Source: the human T2T-CHM13v2.0 reference genome, Homo sapiens
Assembly: GCF_009914755.1 (NCBI RefSeq)
Contig: NC_060948.1
Direction: 5' to 3' (one strand)
DNA length: 64,000 nt
Part shown: positions 1 to 13,324 of the stretch, one piece after another
Layout of the letters: the number at the start of each line of letters is the position of its first letter
Numbering within the stretch: the stretch's first letter is position 1
Made by a program: the position numbers and the translations under genes
The notes under the pieces: generated by a model
Told to the model about the DNA's origin: nothing
The model's database searches: none
What the model saw: the letters and a program-made list of their open reading frames with translations, nothing else

Positions 1-228
1 ATGACAAACAATTAAGAGTAGCCTGAATGTACCATAGTCAACAAATTCTGGAACAGTCATAAAATTGAATTCTATTTAACAGTAAAAATGAAGGAACTAG
101 TGCTGCAACTATAAATGTAGACGACTCTTAAAAACATTGCTATGTAAAAATATATTGCAGGAAAATTCACCAACCATTCTACACATTAAAAGTTAAAGCA
201 TGAAAAACATGCCACTTGTTGTTCAGGG

Positions 229-692
229 TGTGAAAGGAAAATATCTTGGGCCCCAAAACTCGCTAAGCTAAAGGGAAGCAGCTGAGAACTGCTTAGGGCA
301 AACCTGCTTCCGATTCGATTCAAAGTTATCCCTCTGCTCACTGAGATAAATCCTATCTGATTGCTTCCTTTGGAAAGGCTAGTCAGAAACTCAAAAGAAT
401 GCAACTGTTTTTCTCTCACCTATCTGTAACCTGGAAGCCCCCTCCCCATTTCAAGTCTTCCTGGCTTTGCTTCCAGTTGTCACTCCTTTCCAGACAGAAC
501 CAACGTACTTCTTACATATATTGCTTGATGTCTCCTATCTCGCTAAAATGTATAAAACCAAACTTTGCCCAACCACCTTGGACATATGTCATCAGGACTT
601 CCTGAGGCTGTGTCATGGACATGCATCCTCAACCTTGGCAAAATAAACTTTCTAAACTAACTGAGACCTCTCTCAGATTTTCTGCATTCACA
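229..692 (+). mobile_element. MER4A-type ERV1 5' LTR
   Basis: Starts TGTGAAAGGAAAATATCTTGGGCCCC, ends ...TTCACA, AATAAA near 642; homologous over its length to the solo LTR at 20504-20953. Confidence 0.9.
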
Positions 693-1009
693 TTTTGTTA
701 ACCACGGCGGGGATTCTGAGTGGAGATGGCCCTGACCTTCGACAAATCTCTTATTGCCGCTTGATGAGCTAACTTTATGGCTCAAACCAACAGGAAACGT
801 TGCTGAGGTCTGAGAGCAACCCCTCCAGACAATCCCTGATCTCCCCAAATTTGGTCAATATCTAAAGCTTATTTTGCTGTACAACTCCACTTTTTTGGGG
901 GAGTTTTACTTGCTTCCAACACAAGGAAGGCAAGTTTTTCTGCTTCCATGATGATGAAAGGCAGGCAACACCTGTGTGGAGTTTGAGCTCGCTTCCAACA
1001 GGGAAGATG

Positions 1010-1055
<46 letters not shown>

Positions 1056-2261
1056 CGCTTCTAGGATGGTAGAGAGCAGGAGAGCAGTCTGGCAGTCTAC
1101 AGCCTGAGACCCATCCCTAGGTAAGTAACTGAATTAGGGTTTGTTTTGGCTAAAGGTAAGATTGACCACCAGATGGTCTTAATTTCTCCTTACTATTAGA
1201 GCACTCAGCAATCATATAAGTTGTGCAATCATTTGTATTGCTTACCTGTTTCTGTTGATGTTGTTATTGTTGTTTGTTTGTTTCTGTTTTTGTTGTTATT
1301 TCAGTCTTTTTGATACTTGGTGCTTCTGAAATAGCAGTAATTTGTCCTAGCTGAAACATAGTACTGAGATTTTAAAATGTTTTTTAAAGGAGCTCAATGG
1401 TTAAAAGTCAGCTTAATTAAAAGCTAGCATCCCAAGTGTGTATGTGTGCATGAGTGTGTTTGTATTTAAAAAGCCTTCATGTTTTTGTTTTTGTTTTTCT
1501 CTTTTAAGACCTTGTCTTTTTTTTTTTTTTGAGCAAAAGATTTTTTTCTTCTCAGTTGACTGAATTCTGTTTTCACCTGATTTTTTGACTAAAATAGTTA
1601 TTGCAACAGGGGCTACTCTTGGGTTTTTAATGAAGAGTGTACTTTAGACACTCAGAAATGTCTTTGTTAAAAAAATTAACTGCACTGTAAAAGCGTCTCT
1701 AGCACCACCAGACTTTTTCTCTCTGTACCTTATAATGTAAATTTTGCTATTTAACTTTCACCTGAGTTGTTTCCTTTAATATGCAAATTTAAGGCTATTT
1801 AGCTAACAACCACCCAGTGTTGTAAAATAGGTTATCAAGAATCTAAAAGTCTAAGATAGAAAAAAAGGATCTTTATGAATCTATAATATGTGCTTTCATA
1901 CGTCTATGTATTTATGTGTTGTTTACACAATGTTTCACTGCTGAAAATATATAAAAGGCCTCTAATTAATTGGCTTGAAGAAAAATAAAAATGTTTAAAT
2001 CCGATATTTTATCAGGAAAAAAGAAAAGACTAGTCAAATACTTTTTCAAGTTTATGTAACTTAAGTAAAATCTTTAATAAATAAGCTAGCTTTAGAATTA
2101 TTGGTAAAGTAATATTAGAAATGTCTTAAGAATTGACACCATACATTTTTTGTTTGCATTTATTAATCAGGCAATTTCATACTTATTCCTGCCAAATACC
2201 ATAAGGTGTCAAAATAAACTCTCTAAATTACCTGAGCCCTGTCTCAAAATTTGGGGTTTTG
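693..2261 (+). mobile_element. MER4-group ERV internal leader (to ~2209) fused to the last ~50 bp of the 3' LTR (2210-2261)
   Basis: Degenerate PBS-like ttgttaaccacggcggggatt follows the LTR; splice donor AG|GTAAGT at 1120/1121; 2210-2261 repeats the 5' LTR end; 4-bp TSD AGGG at 225-228 and 2262-2265. Confidence 0.85.
1013..1058. repeat. Compound microsatellite (GT)17(GC)6
   Basis: Read directly. Confidence 0.98.
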
Positions 2262-2698
2262 AGGGACACCTACAAGTGCAGTGAAATATGAAGAAAGTTA
2301 TGTTAATGACAATCACCAAATTATAGTGATCACTTCTAGAGAAAAGGGAAAGTAATAAACTGAAAAACATTTATACTATAAATTTCAACACCATTGCAAG
2401 ATTTAATTTTTTAAGCTGAGTTGTAAGTATAATGATATTCTTTATATTATTATTTATGTCTTCTATAGGCTTTGACTATTTCACGATCAATTCAAAAATT
2501 AAAAAATATGCAAAATGATTATAGTAAATTTTTAAAGAATCTTTGCAGTAAGTATATTTCTGCCACTTTTTTGAAACTTTTCCTAAAGTTTTTTTCTTGT
2601 AACTTGTACCTTTTTGAGGAGCGTTTTCGAGGCAATATCCCTTTGCTGGAATACTAATTAGTGAGTATTTTATTCATTCTCATCTATCCATCTATAAT

Positions 2699-3072
2699 TG
2701 ATATGGTTTAGATTTATGTTCCCACCCAAATCTCATGTCAAATTGTAATCCCCAATGTTGGAGAAATGGCCTGATAGGAGGTGATACAATCATGGGAGCA
2801 GATTTTTGCCCTTGCTGTTCTATGATAGTGAGTGAGTTCTCATAAGATCTGGTTGTTTAAAAGCTTGTAGCACCTCTTTCCCACCTTCCTCCTGCTCTGT
2901 CCATGTAAGACATTCCTGCTTACCCTTCTGCCATAATTGAAAGTTTTGTGAAACTTCCCCAGTTATGCTTCCGATACAGCCCGTGGAACTGTGAGCCAAT
3001 TAAACCTCTTTTCTTTATAAATTACCCAGTTTCAGATATTTCTTTTTAGCGGTGTGAGAACAGACTAATACA
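2699..3072 (+). mobile_element. MaLR solo LTR, MSTA-like
   Basis: TGATATGGTTT...CCCACCCAAATCTCATGTC start, ...GACTAATACA end, ATTAAA signal; 5-bp TSD ataat/atgat. Confidence 0.9.
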
Positions 3073-3973
3073 ATGATAATAGAAATCTCTTCATCTATGA
3101 TATCTCCCCATTTCTGATGATATTAAGTAAAAATAGTTTAATCCATTTTTCGTAAGTTGCTATAAGTTTATTTTGAAAACCAAGTATTAGTTTCAGGCCA
3201 TTTTCTGCCATATGCTTTCTGTAGAAAGAGCATTTAATAACTACATGTACAATCAGTAAATGAATGAAAACTTTTTATAGAGATATAACCAAGTAATTTC
3301 TTATTGTTAACTATTGACAGTAAACAATTCTATAAATAATTACTACATAATAAAAAACTGAAGGAAAACTCAAAAGACTTTTAATTTTATTTATGTAAAA
3401 GAAGAAGTTTTAAAATTTGTGGACATGCTGTCTCATTGACCATAAACACTAAACAAAAGTTATTTCTTATTTTTAAATAATTTAACAGCTTTTTCAACCC
3501 ACCATTTCTATTAGAATGCTAAATTTCTCAAAAATAGGAATAAATCAACATCAGAGTTTTATAAATCAGAGTGTCTTTGTACTCTACAAATTAGTATGCT
3601 TAATATACAACTTGAAGTCCTTCAGAGAAAATATTAAACAGAAATGCCTTCTACCCAGAGATATGAATGTGCCTTTGCAATAATAAAGAAGAGACTAAAA
3701 ATTGTATAGCAATACCTAGTATCTGACCAATATATTATTTCACAAAAATAATAAAGTATCTTGCATCATACATGGAAGACAGTGACTTATTCCTGAATCT
3801 ACTATATCTACAGACTTTCTTGTACCAAATATTTACTATAAGTACATACAACTATGGAAAATGCTATGCTATGCCTTTGAGAGGTAGAGTACTGTAGAAA
3901 TCTACACTTATTAAGAGCACAGTATTTTACTCTTTTCCCTTTCCTATGACATCTCTTCACCAGTCCCCTTCTT

Positions 3974-3977
<4 letters not shown>

Positions 3978-4004
<27 letters not shown>

Positions 4005-4026
4005 CTGTGTGTGTGTGTGCGTGTGT
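3978..4026. repeat. (TG)n microsatellite with two interruptions
   Basis: Read directly. Confidence 0.97.
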
Positions 4027-5384
4027 TTATTTTATTGTGTCTATTTCAGTCAGCTAGGCTTCAAATGTAATCGTCTATCACATGTTCAATTTATTTGAGG
4101 CGTGAAGTTTTCCCAGGACACTAAAGCAAGAGGCACCTTAGGAACGGAAGCAGAGTAACTAATGCAGAGTTCTCCTCAGACATCAGAAATAATTATGACA
4201 TCGTAGTTTTATGTCAAACTATATAATAAGAAAAAAATTAAAATCTTTTTCTGGACTGTCCTGGGTAGTGTTAACAACATGACAGCTATTCCCTCTGTAC
4301 ACACTTAGCTGAGCAGAACTAGTTGAAGCATTAATTGTTGTTATCACAGCAGCATGGTTAACATGCTCATAAATATTATCTTGGCAACAGATTAAAAATA
4401 AAAAGGCCAGAAATTATGTTGTAAAAGTATTAACAATTTTAATAAGCCTAAAGGTGGTCAATCTGCCAACCGGGATATTACATCTTCAAATATATTCAAA
4501 TACTAGTAATGGCATGGATATTTGGTACATTAAACAATCTAAATTTCACTTGGTTTACCATGTCAAATAGAAAATAAAAGAAATGAGTTATGTCTCTTCT
4601 ATTTCCAGAAGAGGATTGTTGGAGCTACACTAGCCAGCAGATAATTTGCATGCAGCACCACTACCATCAGATTACAAAAAACAAAAACAAAAAAAAAAAA
4701 CCAGAAGCATGATAATTAAAAGAGATCCAAGGATATCAATGACAATTATAAAATATTGTTTTAAAATATGCTGTTAAGGCTCCCCAGGTAATGGACTGCT
4801 TCCCTTAGTTTCTGGCAATTTACCAGAATGCATTCCAAAGCATTTGATAAACCGGTAATGCAAAGTATGTTATTCCTAGACAGTTGAGAACTCAGTTAAT
4901 TAGAGCCTCCAGAATAAACGGGTCCCTGAGTAGTTGCTTTGTAAACCTATTGTTATTAATCTGATCTTCCTTATAGCCACTTATACATTAAATTGCTTAT
5001 ATTTCATTGACGCTATCTATCTTGAATATTTTGGAGAGATAACTGTTGTATATGTATTATTATTAATTAAATATTATTCCATATATTTTCCTTTACAAAT
5101 ATCACTCCATGTTAGATGTCACTAATTTAATAGCTTGGCAGTATAATTATATTGAGTTGAGGAATAAATACCACAAAATTTCTGATCAATCAACCTGAAA
5201 GTTCCATAAATGTCTTTGTCACTTATCAACAGTGAGAGTAGCTTAGTAATCACTTCTCTAAAATATGTTTTTATCTAAATTTATTTCCCTGCTCACTTTT
5301 TGCCCTCAACCTTCATGTTTTATAGTTACAGATGACATTTTGCAAAACAAATTTAAATTTATCCTATCAAAAAAATTGTAATTA

Positions 5385-5865
<481 letters not shown>

Positions 5866-6171
5866 AGTGCCAAAAACAGTAAAATGCTACTATTTTTAAA
5901 AAGCTTATTTCACCATGAGAGAGATAGAAACTCTATTCAAATACCATATTTACTGATACAAATAAAACAAAATAATTATTTTTTAGACGTGAAGTTAAAA
6001 AATACTGTCATGCCAAACCTCTATCATTTAATTTTAATTTGTTTTGCAGATATAGTTAGAAAAATAACTTAGAAAAAGAAGCCTATGCCAAATTTACTGG
6101 AAAAATTCAGTGATGAGCTAAAAGTGATCCTGAATTACCCAGCACTTCAGTCCTATACAGAAAGCTATGTG

Positions 6172-6264
6172 TGTCACAGACTGCGGTATTATTTTTGGTA
6201 GTAAAGCTTAGCAAGCAGATAGGGTTATTATTACAGAATACAAAATCAAAGCCAAGACCGTTAA
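6172..6264. repeat. Copy 1 of an unclassified ~90-bp dispersed direct repeat
   Basis: Shares identical 24-, 15- and 16-nt blocks with 8143-8228. Confidence 0.9.
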
Positions 6265-6461
6265 TTAAAAAAAAATACATTTTGGCAAAAATGTGTAAAT
6301 CTTTCCAAGCATTATTAATCAAATTATTAAATAGTACTAATGCTATTTATTGTATCAGCAAGGAAGATATTTACAATGATTACAAAAATTCTAATGAAAA
6401 AGACCTATTAGTCAGTCATCCTCCCTAGCACTTGCTTTAGAAAGTACAAATATGTAATATA

Positions 6462-6770
6462 GTCCAGGTGTAGTGGCTTATGCCTATCTTCCCAGCACTT
6501 TGGGTGGCCAATGTTGGAGGATCACTTGAGGTCATGAGTTAGAGACCAGCCTAGGAAACAAAGTGAGACTCTATCTCTGCAAAAAAATTTTAAAAATTAG
6601 CCAAGTGTGATGGCAAACACCTGTAATCCTAGATACTCAGGAGCCTGAGGCAGGAGAATTGCTTGAGCTCAGTAGTTCGAGGCTGCAGTAAGTCATAATG
6701 GCATGCCACTGCACTCCAGCCTGGGTGACAAAGCAAGACTTTGTCCTAAAAATTTATAATAATAATAATA
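6462..6770 (+). mobile_element. AluJ
   Basis: Dimeric Alu with J-type motifs (ggaggatcacttgagg, gaggctgcagt); tail decayed to (AAT)n. Confidence 0.93.
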
Positions 6771-6797
6771 CAGGCTATTTTAAATGGCATTGAAACA

Positions 6798-6798
<1 letters not shown>

Positions 6799-6828
<30 letters not shown>
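6799..6828. repeat. (AC)15 microsatellite
   Basis: Read directly. Confidence 0.97.
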
Positions 6829-6831
<3 letters not shown>

Positions 6832-6985
6832 GTAAGGTTAAGTTTGATTTTAATATTTCATTATTGGGAATAAAAAAATTTTAAAACATGTATTAATTTA
6901 CCCAGGAAATGTATTAATTTTATATAACACAGTCATCATTCAATTACAAATATATAAATCAGTAGAGAAACCAAGATTGCAGGTG

Positions 6986-6987
6986 AT

Positions 6988-7018
<31 letters not shown>

Positions 7019-7029
7019 TGTGTGTGTAT
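6986..7029. repeat. Self-complementary microsatellite AT(AC)14(GT)6AT
   Basis: Read directly. Confidence 0.95.
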
Positions 7030-7133
7030 ATAAAGAATCTTTGAAGCCTCGATTGAGTTACATTTTTGTGTACGTAATTGGAAATTTTTCTTACATATTA
7101 AGCAGACCACCAATGACATCTTTTGAAACTAAG

Positions 7134-7250
7134 TTCAACATCGTCAAATATTTATGAACACTCCCTATATGCAAAGCACTATACTAGCTACTGGAGATAA
7201 AAAGAGTCATAAGGCCTATACCTAATATTTTTATGCCTTGAGAGGAGACC
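7134..7250 (-). mobile_element. L2 LINE 3'-end remnant
   Basis: ttcaaca...aaatatttatgaacactccctatatgcaaagcactatactagctactggagata resembles the reverse complement of the L2 3' terminus. Confidence 0.6.
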
Positions 7251-8142
7251 ATAATTTAGACCTTTCATAGCACTTACACTGATTTCCTTGTATTTACTTC
7301 AAATTAATAAAGGTTTCTCCATGGAGTATATAACACTAAAATACTTAGATTTAGCTGCAAGTCATAAAATTATTTGCTTAAGCAAAATTTTTTTTAGATT
7401 TCCATATTTCTGTTGAACCTGAATTTTGAACAGTTGAACTGTTTTATTGGAAAGAAAAGAGACACTTCATTGTATTTCTTAACCTGAAATTTTCAAAGAC
7501 AACCTATAATGATGTAGTATCAAAGAAGTGGACAAAATTCTACACCTCTAGCCATAATTTTAGAAATGGCTATTAGAACTAGTTTTTTTACTCCTATTAA
7601 TAATTGAGAAACTATAAATGAACTATATTTCAAAGTTAGCATGGATTGAGATATATTAAGACTGGAATGAGTGCACTCGAAAAATATAAGTGTTGGTTTC
7701 AATAAACAAGACTTTCTTGAAAGCCTATGGATAATGTATCCTTTCATATATGACATTCTAAGCTTAGTAAATTTTCTAGTGCTATAGAAATAGAATAGTT
7801 TTATCTACAGGAAGCATTCATTTAAACAATAAAACCATATTACAAAGTTAAAAATAAATGTAATTTTCACAATACTTTCACTATACCCACTAACATTTAT
7901 ATCCAACTTACTACAGCAAAAGAGCTCATTCATGAATAAGTAATATGACTGCACATCCTATTTACATACTGTCAATCCTCAGATTCCTGAAGATAAGAAT
8001 TAGATTACTCAATACATAACAACATAGCAGCACCTCTTTCCATTGCAAGCTTTGTATAAGCTTCATTTTAATTAAGGGATAATAGCTATGACATTAATTT
8101 CACTTAGTTTCTTTATTATGTAGCTAAGATCAGAGAAAACAA

Positions 8143-8228
8143 TGTCATAGACAGCAGTATTATTTTTGGTAGTAAAGCTTTGCAAACAGTGATTATACAG
8201 AATACAAAATTGAAGCCAAGACCGTTAA
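8143..8228. repeat. Copy 2 of the unclassified ~90-bp dispersed direct repeat
   Basis: Aligns to 6172-6264 with a few substitutions and ~7 nt of indel. Confidence 0.9.
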
Positions 8229-8243
8229 CAAAACAATTTTATT

Positions 8244-8558
<315 letters not shown>

Positions 8559-8811
8559 TTATTTTTTTCTCCAAGAAGAAGGTGCTGAACTTTCCATTTA
8601 CAAGCCAACTAGAGCCACAAGATGATGCACTTCTTGAAGTACAGGCCTGCCTTTTTTTCATTGTGCTTCATTTTATTGTCCTTCACTGATACTGTGTTTT
8701 TTTAGAAACTGAAGGTCTGTGGCAACTCCGCATCCAATAAGTTTATCAGTGCCCGTTTTCCAAAAGCATGTGCTCACTTTATGTCTTTGCATCACATTAT
8801 GATAATGATTG

Positions 8812-9414
8812 TGTGAATCCAAAATATCCGAGAGAGATTTCAATCAATTTAGAATGTTTATTTTACTAAGGTTAAGGACGCACCCATAACACAGCCTCAG
8901 GAGGTCTTGAAGACATGTGCCCAAGGTGGTCAGGGTACAGCTTGCTTTTATACATTTTAGGGACACATGAGACATTAATCAATACATGTAAGATTTACAT
9001 TGGCTCTACCTGAAAGGCTGGGTCAACTCAAAGGAGAGGGGGATCCTAGGTCATAGTAGATTTAAAAATTTTCTGATTGGCTATTGGTTGAAAGAGTTAT
9101 CAGTAGAAAGGAATGTCTGGGTTAAGATAAGGAGTTATGGAGACCAAGGTTTTATCATGCCTTGATAAAGTCTCTGGGTAGCATGATGAAGCCTCTGGGT
9201 ATCAGGCTTCGGAAAGAATAGATTGTAAATGTTTCTTATCAGACTTAAGCTCTGTGTTGATGTTAATTCTGGAGGTGCAAAATGAGGCATGTCCAACCCC
9301 ACTTCCCATCATGGCCTAAACCAGTCTTTCAGATTAAATTTAAGAATGCCCTGGCCAAGAAGGAAGTCCACTCAGGTGGTTGGGGAAGCCTTAGAATTTT
9401 ATCTTTGATTTATA
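8812..9414 (-). mobile_element. MER4 solo LTR (MER4B-like, ~600 bp) inside Tigger1
   Basis: 8812-8960 is the reverse complement of the MER4 R/U5 seen at ~550-692; Tigger1 resumes on both sides; TSD not clean. Confidence 0.85.
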
Positions 9415-9456
9415 CTTCCAGCATTTCCAATTTTTAATTATTATTATACCTGTTAC

Positions 9457-9824
9457 TGTAAAGAACATGGCTGTGCTCCAGCCAAGAAGGCTTAGGGCAG
9501 CAGGCATAGGCTGAGGTAAACAACCTGGATGATGCAGTGGGTTTGTGGCACACACACACAGTCCCGGGACTTATATAACCATAGCCATGTAGACATAACA
9601 TGGAGAAAGCTCACTTCCATAGCCATAGCATAGAGAAGCTGACCACTTGGCTCTCAGCTACTATTGTTTGTGTAATGTATAAAAGTAACACTGACCCTGT
9701 GAGGGGCTGCTGAATAAAGCCATGTCTCATCTACCTGCTGTCTCTTGAGTGTTCTTCCAGCTCCCTGCCCCACAACCTTCCATTCCCCTCAGCCCTCAGC
9801 TGGGGCTGGAACCAGAGTATGAGA
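9457..9824 (+). mobile_element. LTR18-like (ERVL) solo LTR inside Tigger1
   Basis: TGTAAAGAACATGGCTGTGCT start, AATAAA at 9713, 5-bp TSD gttac/gttat. Confidence 0.8.
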
Positions 9825-10046
9825 GTTATGGTGACCTGTGATCACTGATATTTGATGTTGCTATTGTAATTGTTTTGGGGTGTCACAAACAACACCCATA
9901 CAAGATGGTAAACTTAATAAATGCTGTGTGTTTTCTGATTGCTGCACCAACCAGCCCTTGTCCTATCTCTCTCTCTTTCTGTCTATGGTCATCCGTACTC
10001 CCTGGGACTTAATGATATTAAAATTAGGCCAGTTAGGAACCCTACA

Positions 10047-12100
<2,054 letters not shown>

Positions 12101-13324
12101 GAAGGCTCAGATCATTGTTAGCATTTTCTGGCAATAAAGTATTTTTAATTAAAGTATGTATTTTTTTTAGACAAAATGCTATTTAACATTTAATAGACTG
12201 CAGTATACTCTAAACATAACTTTTGTATGCACTGCAAAACCAAACAAATTGTGTGAGTTGCTTTATTGCAATCTTCACTTTATTGAGGTGGTCTGGAACC
12301 AAACCAATAATACCTCCAAGGTATGCCTATATATATTTCTCACTCTATCTTGTTTGCCACAGTTCCAAGAAGTGAAAGTCCTGTAAATAAAAGCAAGCAT
12401 GCAAGTACGCAGTTTGCTGTAGAAAGTCAATTGAGGTACCATGAAGTACATCAAGCGTCTCTCATTTGCTTTAAGTTGACCACAGGTCTTCAGTTTTTAA
12501 TGTTCAAATATGTGTACATAAAATATCCACATTCTTCTCCAAGAAATATAGAATGGCTAGAATATAAATGCATTATCACTCTTCCTCTGAAAGACTTTCA
12601 CATTTTTATAATGTGACTGCTGAAAATGGAAGTTTTGTACTTGCATTTCTCCTTAGTTAAAAATCAACTGAAAAAATATGAAACATATATATGATAAGGC
12701 ACCTACTAAGAATATACCTTGATATTTCAAAATAAAAGCTAAAAGGAAATACATGTAATAGAAAACATCAAGCTTATGAATATATTCATTCTTGTGTGGT
12801 CCTGATATGTTTGTTGAAGTTGGTATATTTTTAAGTAAATATCTAAATTGTCACCCCCAAAGCATAATATTCCTATAATACATGAAGAGTTATCACATTT
12901 TAGTTGCAAAAGAAACTACTTTTTTGGTAATGGAATATCTTTACTTAACTACAAATTTTATTTTATAAATACATATAAGATGAATATGGTTTAAAAAGCC
13001 ATATCATAGATTCCCTATAAATTCTGGATTTTAGACCTCTGTCACATGAACAGTTTGCAAATATCTTTTCTCCTTCCGTAAGTTGTCTTTTTACTCTGTT
13101 GATAGTTTATTTTACTGTGCAGAAGCTCTTCAGTTTAATTAGGTCCCACTTGTCAATTTTTGCTTTCATTGCAATTGCTTTTGGGGACTTAGCTAAAAAT
13201 CCTTTATCAAGGCTAGTGTCAAGAAGAGTATTTTCTTGATTGTCTTCTAGGATTTTTATAGTTCTCAAATTTGAAAAGTCTTAAATTTAAATCTTTCATC
13301 TGTTTGGGGTTAATTTTTAGATAT

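Larger units (their letters stand above)
1..2470 (+). mobile_element. Ancient L1 (L1ME/L1MD-type) 3' end fragment, split by the MER4 provirus (pieces 1-228 and ~2262-2470)
   Basis: Joining the flanks gives ttgttcaggg|acacctacaagtgcagtgaaatatgaagaaag, which resembles the old L1M 3'UTR as recalled; highly diverged. Confidence 0.55.

Noticed and set aside
4195-4216. Short inverted repeat tgacat...atgtca (and tagccat...atggcta near 7549-7572)
   Set aside because: 6-7 bp stems are expected by chance in AT-rich DNA
6110-6134. TGATGA...CTGA as C/D box snoRNA
   Set aside because: Boxes are only ~15 nt apart, far too short, with no terminal stem
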